64,000 nucleotides of DNA from Octopus vulgaris (GCA_951406725.2 OX597818.1:69068001-69132000), one strand, 5' to 3'; counted from the stretch's first letter, positions 39,425-53,286 are shown. Program-made: numbers and translations. The notes: generated by a model from the sequence alone, not told the origin.

Positions 39425-40443
39425 TCATCATCATCATCATCATCGTCATCATCATAATCATCGTCATTATCTTCATCATAATCATCATCATCATCACCAT
39501 CACCATCGTCGTCGTCGTCATCGTCATCGTCATCATCATCATCATTTAACGTCTATTTTGCATGCTGGAATGGGTTGGATGATTTGACCGGATCTAAGGA
39601 GCCAGAGAACTGCATTGAGCTCCTCTTCCTTCTTTTCTTTGGTTTTCTATGGTTGGACGCCCTTCATAACACCAACCAATTTACTGTATGCACCGAGTGC
39701 TTTTTACACTTTCTGGCACTAGTATGGTCACCAAACAATTTGCAAGAGAAGCAAAAGAATCCAACACCCACCCACCCTTGACTGAGTGGTAGAGTAATAT
39801 TTGAAAGAAAGGGAGGTGACTTTATGTCAGATGCTGAGACATTAAAGCAGGTTAGAAGGACAAGCGTGGGTGTGTTGATATAGTAATGATAAACGGCCAC
39901 CTTGCATTCTATAAGGGTGGCTGTGAGTTGTGGGAAAGACAAAGAGATGTTGGTGCTGTGGTGCCAGAGCCAGATTTCAAGGTACAAAAAAGGTGAGTAT
40001 AAGAGAGAATATGGGTACTGGATCAGGGGTTGACTTTATTAAGATGTGAGAGGTGAGGGAAAGATGGTGAGACATGGGGGTAGAGGTGAATGTAATGAAT
40101 TATGAACAAAGGTGGAAGTGTGATCGATGGTGAATATCAAGTAAGAAAGTGGCACATAAAAAGCACCATCTGAATGTGGCCAATGCCAGTACCCTCTGAC
40201 TGGCACTATCCAAACATGATCGATGCCAACCCCACCTGACTGGCCTTCATGCTGATGGCATGTAAAAAGCACCCACTACACTCTTGTAGTGGTTGACATT
40301 AGGAAGGGCGTCCAGCTGTAGAAACATTGCCATATCAGATAGAAGCCTGGTGCAGTCTCCATGGCTTGCCAGACCTCAGTCAAACCGTCCAACCCATGCC
40401 AGCATGGAAAACGGACGTTAAACGATGATGATGATGATGATGA
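39425..40443. mobile_element. Two family A elements back to back: 39425-39900(-) with a long CAT tail and 40148-40443(+)
   Basis: Standard 3' stem-loop and GAT tails. Confidence 0.85.
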
Positions 40444-40817
40444 AGGAACTTTGAAAATCTGTGATGAGACGTTTTATGCTATGTGTCAAAATAAGAGCAA
40501 CAAAAAGATAACCAATTCCAACAAGGGAGAATGCAGCATGTTTTTACCATTCTATTAATTCTATCACATTGTCCCCTGATATTGTGGGAATCGCCTAAAC
40601 TTAATCTCTGCCAAATTCCCATTAAAGCTGTAACGAACAAAACATAAAGGAAAAGAAGATAAAATACTAAAAATAGACAGCCAATCTTATTGCAGCTTTG
40701 TAGTCATGTGTGTTGATGACTCATTGTCACATGGTTTCCCCACTTGATGTTTACTTTTGGTTTTAATAAAAAAAAGAAATGAAACCCAGGTGTTTTCACA
40801 ATTAAACAAAGCATGTA

Positions 40818-41163
40818 ATGAATCCAGCACTTCATCAGGTAAACAAGCAACGCCTGGAATATTGAAGAAGTTTTTGGTGATGTTTATTCTTCATACAAAG
40901 AATTTACCCTTTATACAAGCTATGAGAGTGGTTCTGACAACCAGTCAGGTGAAAATGGTGAGGAAAGAAGCAATTTAGGCAAACAAATGCAGTAGTTGAG
41001 TGATAGACCTATCATTGTTATTCTCCTGAATGGTTTTTGTGATTCTGTCCATTATTTTGCCAGCTAAAATTACTCTTGGGTTGTATATGTAACTATTTAT
41101 ATTTTTGGCCAGAAGTCCAGGTAAAGAGTAAAGTTGGACACAGGGGCCCAGGTCTGAGAAGGT
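40818..41163. repeat. Second copy of the 14904-15270 repeat
   Basis: Direct homology. Confidence 0.8.
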
Positions 41164-41899
41164 CAGGTTGCATGAGCAGATATCTTCACCCTCTCAGCAG
41201 TTTTATCCTTGATTCAGTGTAATCCTGAGGGAGAAAGAGATGCCACAGGGTTTTGCTGGTTCTCATTTTCAGCTGAGCAAACTTGACCATTGGGAAAAAA
41301 AGTACCTTGTTCAAAGAGACAATGCTTCAGGCAGTCCAGGAGTTGAACTCATGTGCTCATCAACGTTATCCTAACAGCTCTAACCAGTTGGCCATACACA
41401 GAATGGAAGAGAAGCTTTCTCCTATTTTTCAGACAGAAAACCTAGTGAAATGATAAACACAATTGATTTCTCAACATGATACAGCTCTATGCTATCTTCA
41501 ACGAGAATATACATTAAGAAAGAGAATGGGGGTGAAACATGATACATGATATACGATATAAAATCTATCTCTCTTAATATAATTTTTGTTAAAGTCTCTT
41601 TTAGCCGTCAGGCAAAAGGAAATTCGAAGATGAGGTCATACATATTTTTCTCACAACAATGTTTCGATCAGCAAGAGCTAAAGTCAAGGGAGGTAATAAT
41701 TCAGGGAAAAACAACATGATTCACAAAAGTAAACAGGAGGAAGAAGAGGAAGAAGAAGAAGAAAATGGAAATCGGTAAAAATAAAGAACCATTTCAGTGG
41801 CATGCTCCTCAGTCTTTCAATTAAACATCATGTCAGGGGAAACTGGTGCTCTACGCTGAAAAGTGTTGAGAATGGGATTGTGAGACTGAACCATTGGAA

Positions 41900-42303
41900 C
41901 CCCTGCCATGCATTATCAGGGGGCACTTTGTTGGTCGTGACAATGAGGGTTCCAGTTGATCCTGCCAAGGGAACATCCTGCTCTTGAAATTAATGTGCAA
42001 GTGGCTGAGTACTCCACAGACATGTGTACCTTTAATGTAGTTCTCAGAGAAATTCAGCATGACACAGAGTGTGACAAGGCTGGCCCCTTTGAAAAACAGG
42101 TACAAGAGAAACAGGAAGAAAGAGTGAGAGAAAGTTGTGGTGAAAGAGTAGAGCAGGGTTCACCACAAGCCCCTGCTGGAGCCTTGTGGAGCTTGTAAGT
42201 GTTTTCGCTCAATAATCACTCACAGTGCTTGGTTTGGGAACCGAAGTTGCAATCCTATGACAGCAAGTCCACTGCTCTAACCACTGGGCCATTGCACCTC
42301 CAT
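41900..42303 (-). mobile_element. tRNA-derived SINE family E
   Basis: On -, GGTGCAATGGCCCAGTGGTTAGAGCAGTGGAC head; 3' body shared with 26015-26325. Confidence 0.8.
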
Positions 42304-42659
42304 GCATTGTCAGGTACTACAGTGATGTGGTGGGACATCAAACACAGCAACTGTTACCTAAATAAAGGAGTCAATAGATGGGACAGAGCTAAATATTGAT
42401 TTCAAAAAGCTGACAGGGACTTCAAAGTTTTAGCCATGTTTTAGCTAAAGTTTGAAAAAGTCAAATTTAATGAAACTTCGAAGTCACTGTTATTGTCTTA
42501 AAAGTTTAATAGCAACAGTCTTTAGGAGGAAAAGCTCAGAAGTCAGATCAAAGTCGTTCATCAACGACTTTTGCAAATTTTCTAATCAGAGATCAAATAA
42601 AGCATTTAACCATTGAATGAAGTGGGATGGGAAGAAGAAGAACATAACAGAAAGACACG

Positions 42660-43035
<376 letters not shown>

Positions 43036-43450
43036 TATCTCTATATACATGAGCGAGTTTACATGTACAAAGAAATACACAACTGCACACATATATTTGT
43101 AAACAGACACACACATGTAGGTGTGTGTGTGTGTGTGTGTGTTTACATACACACGTTTATAAAGGAGGAGAGTGAGGAACTGGAATCGGTAAGAAAGACA
43201 TGAAAATAAGTTATTAGATATTAGAAGTAAGCGATCTTGTAAAGTTATATTATTGAATTTGCTTAGTTGGAGACAGATAATCGCAATGTTAAAGGAATGG
43301 TCTGTTTGTGTTGACTAGTCTAATGGAAATATTGAAATATTCCGATATCACACTGCGGCTGCGCTCGTGTTAACTTTGGAGGAAGGTAAGGTGGGGAGGT
43401 GAAGGATATAAAAACACATTGGAAATGATCAAAACATAGCAGAAATAATC

Positions 43451-43459
43451 ATGATAATT

Positions 43460-43504
<45 letters not shown>

Positions 43505-43603
43505 GTGATGATGGTGATGATGGTGGTGGTGATGATGATGATGATGATGATGATGGTGATGATGGTGATGATGACAACGATGACGATGATGATGATGATG
43601 ATG
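43451..43603. repeat. (GAT)n microsatellite
   Basis: Seen directly. Confidence 0.97.
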
Positions 43604-43951
43604 AAAATATCAGCAATGAAAACAATTGCAATAATATTCTTGCTATTGTTGCTACTGTTGTTGTTTAACTTCAGTTCAGCCATGATCAGAGCAGACCAAT
43701 AACCAAAGGGCATTCTAGCCATGGCCATCCCATATTTTTCTTTCTTTTTTTTTTTTTTCTGACAGAGGTGCAGGCATAGCTGTGTGGTAAAACGTTTGCT
43801 TCCTAACCAAATGGTTCTAAGTTCAGTCCCACTGTGTGGCACCTTGGGAAAATGTCTTCTGCTATATCCTTCCGTTGATCAAAGCATTGTGAGAAGATTT
43901 GGTAAGCCAAATATGAGAGAATCAAGTTGTGTGTGTGTGTGTGTACGTATG

Positions 43952-43994
<43 letters not shown>

Positions 43995-44017
43995 ATATGT
44001 ATATGTATATGTGTATG

Positions 44018-44051
<34 letters not shown>

Positions 44052-44056
<5 letters not shown>

Positions 44057-44285
44057 AAACAAGTCAAGATAGAAAATGCTAAAATAATTTTATAAAGAAC
44101 ATTTCAGTACCGGTTTCAGTCATTTTGAGACCTTTTCAACTGTAACGATTAAATAATTAAATTTAGAAAAATTAAAAGAAAAGTTTTTTTAAAGGAATAT
44201 TTGTATAGCGTTCAAATATAAGTGGCATTTTCCTTGTTTCTGCCTTTCTCTGTCTCTCTTGTTTACACTTGTGGCTTCGAGGTCG
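44052..44285 (-). mobile_element. Penelope pLTR/retrozyme-like fragment inserted in a TA tract
   Basis: Contains the hammerhead motif at 44101-44146 and is flanked by (TA)n. Confidence 0.6.
44101..44146 (-). ncRNA. Minimal type I hammerhead ribozyme, U3-A8 variant
   Basis: On -, GTTACAG TTGAAAA GGTC-TCAAAAT-GACT GAAA CCGGT A CTGAAAT. Stem I CAG/CTG, 4-bp stem II, palindromic ACCGGT stem III, GUA cleavage triplet. Confidence 0.62.
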
Positions 44286-44732
44286 TTATATATATATACA
44301 TATATATATTCTTATATTCTTTTATTCTTTTCCAGTCATTTGATTGCAGCCATCCTGGAGCACCACCTTTAGTTGAAAAATTCAACCCCAGGACTTATTC
44401 TTTGTAAGCCTAGTACTTATTCTATCAGTCTCTTTTTGCTGAAATGTTAAGTTATAGGGACATAAACACACTCTCTGTTTTTATTTCTTTCCACACCCAC
44501 CTGATCATTCCCACCCTCTCTCTCCTAAAATATGTTACATAACTCTAAAACAGCAAGAAATCTCTTCTACTCTGAGCCCTTTTCTAATCCTCCAGCCCTC
44601 AACCGCTAGAACAAAGCTGCTTCCTCAGGGTTTGTAACCTTGCAAACTTCATGGTAATCTTACTTGTGCTAGTGGCACAAAAAAATGCACCTGATATACA
44701 CTGTAAAGTGGTTGGTACCAGGAAGTACAACC

Positions 44733-44967
44733 TATTTCTTTACTACCCACAAGGGGCTAAACACAGAGGGGGACAAACAAGGTCAGACAAACGGATTAAG
44801 CCAATTATATCGACCCCAGTGTGTAACTGGTACTTATTTAATCGACCCCGAAAGGATGAAAGGCAAAGTTGACCTCAGCGGAGTTTGAACTCAGAACGTA
44901 GTGGTAGACGAAATACTGCTAAGCATTTCGACCGGTGTGATAACGTTTCTGCCACTCACCGCCTTTC
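44733..44967 (-). mobile_element. Full-length SINE family D nested in a family A element, with a 15-bp TSD
   Basis: CCAGGAAG(T/A)ACAACC at 44718-44732 and 44968-44982. The host element continues on both sides (about 44560-45085). Confidence 0.9.
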
Positions 44968-45647
44968 CCAGGAAGAACAACCAGCTGCAGAAATTGGAGT
45001 CCATTACAGTTCTTGGGTTCAAAAGATCCCATCAAACCACTCAACCCATGCCAACAAGGAACAGAGACATTAAACAGTGGTGATCACCGTATTGCTTTAT
45101 CACATACAATTGCAGATAACAGGATGCTGATAAAGACATCTGATTCACTTGGTAAACTATTCAATGAACCTAGATCCTGTCTTTAGTATCCATCGAAAGA
45201 CAATTATTCACTGCCATGTACTTAATGGTTGATGATACTTGACATCAAGTGGTAGAGATATCTGCCTGGTTTTAAGGGGATCAAGTTGAAAAGATATAAT
45301 CTGTCTTTCTTAATAGGAAACTGAGCCATTGTTTGTGATTTAAGCTTTCAAAAGCTTCAGCAAATTTGTGCTAATTATTCTGCTCTTCAAAATAATCTGT
45401 ACATTACCATATTAACGGTAAGGATTATCAGCCAACAAATTTGTGAGGTTTGCCAGAATATTTCACATTCAGTTTGAATCAGTACCATGAATTTGTTTCC
45501 CTAAAAGGCAGAATCAATGAGATTAAGATATTCTCCTCATAAGATATATGTATATATATGTATATACACTTATTTATACATATACACAAACACAAACATA
45601 TATATACTCCTACCTACCTACATTCATACATACTTACATACATATAC

Positions 45648-45683
<36 letters not shown>

Positions 45684-46261
45684 ATATGTATGTATATATG
45701 TTTATATATATATATATATGTATACATATATACATATAGCTATATCTATATACATATATATATATATATATATATCCCATGCGCCAACAGGGAAGACATA
45801 CGTTAAATGATGATGATGATGATGATGATGATGATACTTAAATGCATACAAACATAAATAAATAAATGCATGCATACATTTAACTTGAGGTTCAGTTTCA
45901 CTGCACAAGCTTCCAGATCCATCTTAAGATGCAAACTGAGCCTGGCTACTTGGAGTAAATGTTTATCTTGCAACCATAATTTGTTGGAGATGTGTTATTG
46001 TGTTTTCTATTCTTCCTATGCTGTCAAATTTAGCCCAAACACCCTCTATTTGATGAGCCCAAACCCCCTCTATATTCGATGAGCTCAGCTTCAACTACAG
46101 TCAGAGTACAGCTTGTTTAAACACTGCACCTCAGTCACCTGACAACAGCCTACTTGGATGATAGCAGGCAACACACCCACAACACCTACCATATGCATGC
46201 AAACACACAGACACATGCAAATACACACATACACACTCTCCCCTACCTATGTATTTTCCTT

Positions 46262-46484
46262 TTAACCCTTTAGCCTTCTGCTTATCCTGCCAAATGTGAC
46301 GCTTATGTATTCACACCATTTTCAATGAATCATTGTATCGTAGTTTTGAGATTTTGACAATGTGATTGTTTGCTTTGAATAAGATTGTCAGGATAGGTGT
46401 GAGAGGCCAGATGTGGCCAGTTTTAACATGGAATGGTTAGAATATACAGGGCAAGATGTGGATGGTTTAAATGCTACAAGTTTG
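46262..46484. mobile_element. piggyBac-type MITE, second family; inverted copy at 55221-55442
   Basis: TTAACCCTTTAGC start and ..TTTAAATGCTA end. The internal GGTGTGAGAGGC..ATGTGGCCAGTTT is shared with 55221-55442 reversed. Confidence 0.75.
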
Positions 46485-46874
46485 ATCTCTTAGACGGCAT
46501 GACTTTCTACAAGACCTCTGAGACATGTCGGAGGCAGGGAGGGAGGAAATCTCTGACTGGCTTTAAATGCTTGGCAACAGAAATGCAAGCATGGCAGACT
46601 CTCTCCATCACCATTGTCTGCCACTCAGGCATTTTTATTGAGTCTAAAATAACAAAAGACAGAGATGACTTAGGCAAGGTTTGAACTCAGCACTGAGAGC
46701 GTCAGAACAAATACCACAAAGCATTCAATCTTGCTCCCTAATAACTCTTTTAAGTCGCTCAGTCTGTTAAAACTAAATCTCCTTCCAGTCATGCCCTACA
46801 CTCTTCGAGGTAGAAGTTCACATTGGATCAGGTTGTCCAAGATGCATTGTGCCTGAAATATATATGGGATCTTT

Positions 46875-47014
46875 TATTGTTCACTTGTTTCAGACATTAG
46901 GCTGCGGTCATGCTGGAGCAAAGTAGGTCTCTTTTGTTGAACTGTTAAGTTATGAGGATGTAAACACACCAACACCGGTTGCCAGGTGGGAGTTGGTAAA
47001 CACTGATGCAAAGA

Positions 47015-47048
<34 letters not shown>

Positions 47049-47200
47049 CACACTTACATATATTTACAACAGACTTCTGTCAGTTTCCATCTACCTATAT
47101 TTCTCACAAAACCTTTACCTTAGATGCCATACAATGGGACTGAACCTGGAACCATGATGTGGTTGGGAAGCAAACTTCTTACCACTCAGCCATGCCTGCA
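46875..47200 (-). mobile_element. Degenerate SINE family C (other partial copies at 43768-43930, 44320-44470, 55700-55850, 63068-63215)
   Basis: Homology to full-length copies. Confidence 0.8.
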
Positions 47201-48877
47201 TCAGGTCTTGATGGTCATGACTGGAAGTGGCTTCGATAATAGGTCTGTCTGGTCAAGACTGATTTGGTTCTAAACAATAACCACAAGTCTCTTTATGACA
47301 ACAACTGTTCATCTAGGGCCGACCTAGGGCTAAATAATAATGACAGCTATGATGACAACAACAATAACAACAACAACATCAACAAAACAAGAATTTTTAC
47401 TTTTTTTTCAATTCTTGCAGAATAAAATAAAATTTCGGAAGAACCTGACCCGGCAAGATTTCTCCCTAGCATTAAAAAAAAAACAGAAATGGCAAAAACA
47501 ACAGAAAATCCAGCAAAAACTAGTTATTTATCACCTCAACCGGCCTTTAACTATGTTACAAAGTAAATATTGCTTTCTCTTTAGTGTTTTTTTGTTTAAT
47601 TCTTCTTTTCGGCTTTTTATTCTTTCTTTTTTTCTTTTTTTTTTCCAAAATAACTTTGAGTATTTTTACTAGAATTTCTTCCATATATCTTTTCTGCTAA
47701 ATGTACCTAACCTGATGTGTCAAATGCAACTAAAAATATCAGATCACCATGAAAACGTTGTCTTAAAAGGAAAGATTTACTTAAGGTATCAAAAGTTCAA
47801 TGTTTTTTTTTTATTGTTAGGTTTTATTTCTACATGAAGACTTCTTTTGCCAAATTTAGAAAACCATTTATATTTGCGATGTTTGCTTCAATTGTCTTAC
47901 ACACATACACACACACCACATACACACAAACATACAAACACACACACACACAGATATATAAGTATAATATATATGCATATATACACACATATTCACACAT
48001 ATATATATATAGAGAGAGAGAGAGATAGATATATAAATATACATATAGTTATATAGATATGTGTGTGTGTATATATATATATATATATACATGTTTATAT
48101 ATATGTGTGTGTATATGTATTTATATACATGTATATATGTATATATATATGTGTGCGTACATACATATATATGTGTTCATATATACATATATATGTGTGC
48201 ATATATACATATATATGTGTGTATATATACATATTTATGTGCGCGTACATATATATTTGTGTATATATACATATTTATGTGCGCATACATATATATGTGT
48301 GTATATATACATATTTATGTATATATATAATGCTGAGTAGTTCATTTTATTTTTATTTTTATTCCCAGTTTTGTGTCGATTTTCTTTGTAAATCCACACA
48401 TATTATGTAAGACTTTGTTATTGTCTCCTTCATCTGTTGCCCTTGTGGCAAATAAAAAGAAATGATATTGATGACCTGACAGAATCATTAGGGCATCAGA
48501 ATAGATGCCTTGCAGTATTTCTTCTAGTTCTTTCCATTCTAAGTTCAAATTCCATCCATGTCAATTTTGTCTTTCCTCTCTCTGAGAGTTAATAAAAAGA
48601 GTACCTGTGAAATACTAGGGTTGATCATATCTATCTCCCTCTTCTTTCCCCTCCAATTTGCTGCCAATGTACCTAGGAAGGAGAGGAAAATGCTTCCCTA
48701 CACTAAATTTGTCAAAAGGTGGGGAATTTTAGCAAAAACTGTTGATATGAATGGAACTACTCTAAGCATGCTCCGGTTGATTTAGGAAAAGCACAGATGA
48801 GGGCTGTGAGATTCCTTGATTGACTTTGGTGGGTGCTCTCCTATGTCTGGAGATTCGCATCATTCATGACGGGACAT

Positions 48878-49100
48878 ATGAAGGGGTGCTGAAATGTTCC
48901 TGGCTTTCAATGTATCATGAAAGGCCTGGTTGAAGTCTCAACATTCCAAGATTCTTTTACAAGGCTTAGAAAAACTGAAGGACTGCTGTAATACATGTGT
49001 GAATCTAAGAGGGGAATATGTTGAATAAAATCATAATTAACTGACCATTCTGTGTCTTCTTTTAATAAAAGCCAGGAACTTCTGAACACCCCACTTTGTA
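48878..49100 (+). mobile_element. Mariner-derived MITE
   Basis: TIR-like ends TATGAAGGGGTGCTGAAATGTTCCTGGCTT and AAGCCAGGAACTTCTGAACACCCC..TA. Retains the C-terminal GLEKLKDCCNTCVNLRGEYVE*. Confidence 0.82.
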
Positions 49101-49285
49101 TTTTGTATACTTTCTGGCCATTTTTATCTCATCACCCCACCTCATCTCACTTTCTTCCCCTCATTGGTTTAATGGAAACAACGGAACTAGTAGTCACCTG
49201 TTCTTGTAAAATCTCTTTCTTCTGAAACCCCAGAGGTAAATAAAAGAAATTGCAGTTACTGTTTATTATCAATATTTATACTCAA

Positions 49286-50156
49286 GGTGGCCAGCTGGCA
49301 GAATCGTTAACCTGCCAGGTGAAATGATTAGCGATATTTTGCTCATTGCTACATTCTGAATTCAAATTCTGCCGAAGTCGACTTTGCTTTCATCCTTTCA
49401 GGGTGGTTAAATTAAGTACCAGTGAAACACTGGGGTTGATCAACTTGAATAGTCCGCTCCCCACGCATTTCAGGACTTGTGCTTCCAGTAGAAAGGATTA
49501 ATATTAAACTAACAACCTTGCAGAATAATTAGGGAACTAGACCAAATGTTTAGTAGCAATTTTCCTGATGCCTTATGTTCTGGGTTCAAAACCCACTGAG
49601 GTCAACTTTGACTTTCATCCTTTCAGGGGCAATACAATAAAGGACTGAGTCTTTTATAATTGACCAAGCCTTTCCCAATAAAACTGTTGACTTTGTACCA
49701 AAATTTGAAGCAACAATTATTATTCCAGACAAAATGGTTGGCAGAATAGCATCTGGTTTTTTGCTTTTTTGGTTCAGATGTCATCAAGGTCAATCCTGCT
49801 TTTCCTCATTTCAGCAGAGCTAAAATAAGGACCAGTTGAACACTGGGGTCAATGTTATTGACTGCTTCACTTTAAATCACTAGACTTATGCCAACAATTA
49901 TTACCATTATTATTATTATTATTATTATTATTTTAATTAATGTAAAGGTGGCAAGCTGATAGAATTGGTAGCATGCTGGGCAAAATGCTTAGTGGTATTT
50001 CATCTGCTGATATGTTCTGAGTTCAAATTCCACTGAGGTTGACTTTGCTTTTCACCCTTTTAGGGTTGATTAAATAAGTACCAGTTACACACTGGAGTCG
50101 ATGTAATCAACTTAATCCCCTCCCCCAAGCAGCCCGTGTGGCAAAAAATATCTAAA

Positions 50157-50251
<95 letters not shown>

Positions 50252-50560
50252 ATTATTATTATTATTATTATCATCATTATTATTATTATTAAGGCAGCAT
50301 TTCTTTTATTTTTATATTCTGAGTTCAAATACTGGCAAGGTCAACTTTGACTTTCATCCTTTTGGGGTCGATAAAATAAGTACCAGTCAAGTATTGGGGT
50401 CGTTGTGATACCGCCCCAAAATTTCAGGGCTCGTGCCTATAGTAGAAAGGATTATTTCAAGGTCAATAAAATAAGTACCAGTTAAATACTAGGGGTCAAT
50501 GTAATTGACTTTGCCCCTCTCCCAAATTTCAGGCCTTGTGCCTAGGATGAATTCTTATTT
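49286..50560 (+). mobile_element. Head-to-tail array of about 6 SINE family D copies (tail type 2) separated by (TAT)n
   Basis: Repeated GTTCAAA..GGTC(A/G)ACTTTG..TTTCATCC..AAGTACCAG..GGGGTC units at about 49286, 49517, 49727, 49946, 50292 and 50456. Single copies at 48535-48680 and 54400-54615. Confidence 0.88.
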
Positions 50561-50838
50561 ACTATTTCTTTTTATCATAGGTTTTGTTGAAACTCCTGGA
50601 GTCTTGCATGCATAGCAGCATTTCTACCTGCAGCCTATGGTACCATTCTATTTGTTCCTTTCAGCTCTCTAATACTTTCCAGATTATTCCGGTCATGCCA
50701 AGGAGGCAAACTTTTTCCAACAGATTACTGATTAAGAGCTGATCCTTCATTCCGCAGATCCTCTTTTGGCAACCTCTCTGTTCAATAGGTAGCGGTCCAT
50801 ATTTTTCTAAGTATCTATACAGATCACTAGCCAACAGA
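50560..50838 (-). mobile_element. Internally deleted R4/Dong-type LINE
   Basis: The open frame 50834-50661 reads LASDLYRYLEKYGPLPIEQRGCQKRICGMKDQLLIS|NLLEKVCLLGMTGIIWKVLES*, followed by a 3' UTR. Confidence 0.75.
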
Positions 50839-50842
50839 TGTT

Positions 50843-51206
50843 ATCATCATCATCATCATCATCATCACCACCAACACCAACACCACCACCACCACCACCA
50901 CCACCACCACCACCACCACCACCACCACCACCACCACCACCACCACCACCACCACCATCACCACCACCATCATCATCATCATCATCCACTTTTCTTTGCT
51001 TACATGAAGTAGGCAGAATTCACAGAGGCAGATTTTCTACAGCTGGATGCTCTTCCTCTCATCAACCCTTGTCTGTTTCTAAGAAAGGAAATATTTCCTG
51101 ATGAGTGGACGTACATTCACTGATTACTGGAAATAATGGTCACTATTTGCATGACAGTGATGCTCATTTACAACAATCACGTGATGTCAAGATGAGGAAA
51201 CACAAA

Positions 51207-51210
<4 letters not shown>
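50843..51210 (-). mobile_element. Family B element with a (CAT)/(CAC) tail; another copy at 55865-56095
   Basis: Homologous to 9560-9852. Confidence 0.75.
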
Positions 51211-51261
<51 letters not shown>

Positions 51262-53286
51262 ACACACACATACACTTTGGTACATATCTATATATAGATG
51301 GGTACCAACATTCTATGTGGCAGGCATGATAATTGTAAGTAATTTCTTATTGCATGAAACCCATGGTATCCTTCTTAACTCACAAATGATGTATATTTAT
51401 TCACCAATGCCGTGTTGAGCATTTCTTTGCACTGCTTTACATTAGTATATATATGTGTTTTATGTCTTATGTCTGCACACACACACGCACATACATTTGT
51501 GCATATACGCACATATGTATGTATGTGTATATATATATGTGTGTGTGTATCTGTAGTGGTGGTGGTGGTGGTGGTGGAGTACATGCAATGTGACTCTGCA
51601 AGAAGAACAGAAAGATATCTAATAAATGAAGGCAATATTTATCAGAGCCTAATTAGTCATCGTAGATTAGAGGTTCATTAAGAACAGACGAAGAAACAAG
51701 CAAACAAACAATGGAAAATAATTTAATTTCAGTTCCAAAGCTGAGCATCTGGGAACGGAGAAGCAGTTAATGCCGTGTTGATGCTTGAAACGGTGGAAAG
51801 ACAGAGATGTCAGGGATATTTGACGGAGTAGGTCTTGTCAAGGAGCTTAACTCATGACCGGGAAACAAAAGCTTTCTGTTCAATGGCCATCACCACCACC
51901 ACCACCACCACCACCATCATCATCATTATCAACATTATCATGATCACCACCACCACTACCACCATCATCATCATCACCCTCATCCCTCACTCCCTCTCTC
52001 TACCTTCCTCAATCTCTCTCGCTCTCTCGCTCTCTCTCTTCCTAACTCTCTTTTAAATTGTTTGCATGAGTGCTCTTCATCTGTATTTTATTTGCTGTTG
52101 TTAGTTCAAAGATGAAATAATGCTCTCGATGTTTGTTTTTTTTGTGTTTTAAGCTGCTTCTTGTGCTTAATCTTGTCAACAGTAATACATGTACGTGCAT
52201 GTGCTCGTCTGTGTGTGTGTATGTTGTGCGTGTGGTGTGTGTGCAGAGAAAGAGAGAGAGAGGGAGAGAGAGAGAAAGGTATTTGTTAATTGATATTGAA
52301 CAGTCTTCGTTTTGAGAAACTAGACTATGACTGTTTGTGCTGCTTTAAATATAGAAGTATTCCTTGTAAAGGAGGAATCAGGAGGAACGGATTATCATCC
52401 AGCTTATCTAATCTGAACTCAGTCACCTGCAGGACAAGCAAAATTAATAAAATAACTTCGTAAAACAAAACAAGATAAACGTATATATTATAAGAAGGAA
52501 GAATTTGTGAAATAAAACTGCAAAATAGTCAGAAAACAAGTATTTTTTCCTTTCTTTCTAAAGATAGGAAGATAATTCTTCATGTTGTTTCTGTAGGCAA
52601 ATGAAGGGAAATATGTAAAACTTTGTTTGAAATTCTCTCAACTTGGAAACTTTTCTATAGGCTTGGCACATTTTCTTGGTGGAAAGTTCATATATCTGTC
52701 ACAGTTTGTCACACGCATACAAACGAGCAAATGAGAGAAAATATTTCTTTTCCAGGTTCTATCCAATTGCTTTGGCACCAAATATTTAGGAAACCGGTTG
52801 CCTTGCAAGTGAATAAAATTAAAAGGTCTTTGACATTCTCAACTAAAATTCACAGAATTGGAAGATGAAGGAAAAGAAAGAACTGGGAGAAAAAAAGGGT
52901 GAAAGCAGATTTGAAAATACTGAAACATAAGGAGGCAAAGCCAAAGGACTTCCGTATCATTTGCTTGGATTAGGGAACCAAAGAGGACCAAACTAACTCC
53001 AAATTGGATGGATGATAATGGTGACGATGATCACGATGGCAATGTTGATTCAGCAGTGGCAGTGGTGTTAGTGGTGCTGCAGACAATGTTGATGATGATC
53101 ACGGGGAGGAAGAAGAGGAAGTAGAGGATGGGATGGTGGTGGGGGTGAGGGAAAGGAGGAAGATGAGTTGGTAGACGATGTGGAGGATGGCATGGTGGTT
53201 TTGGTGGTGGTGGTGGTGGTCATGATAATGATGATAGCGGCACTGATAGTGCTGGTAGAAAGTTTATAATTATTCTTGCTGTTGCA

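Noticed and set aside
51407-51781. 13-mer AATGCCGTGTTGA occurring twice about 360 bp apart
   Set aside because: No element is evident between the copies and there is no further homology; cannot be distinguished from chance.
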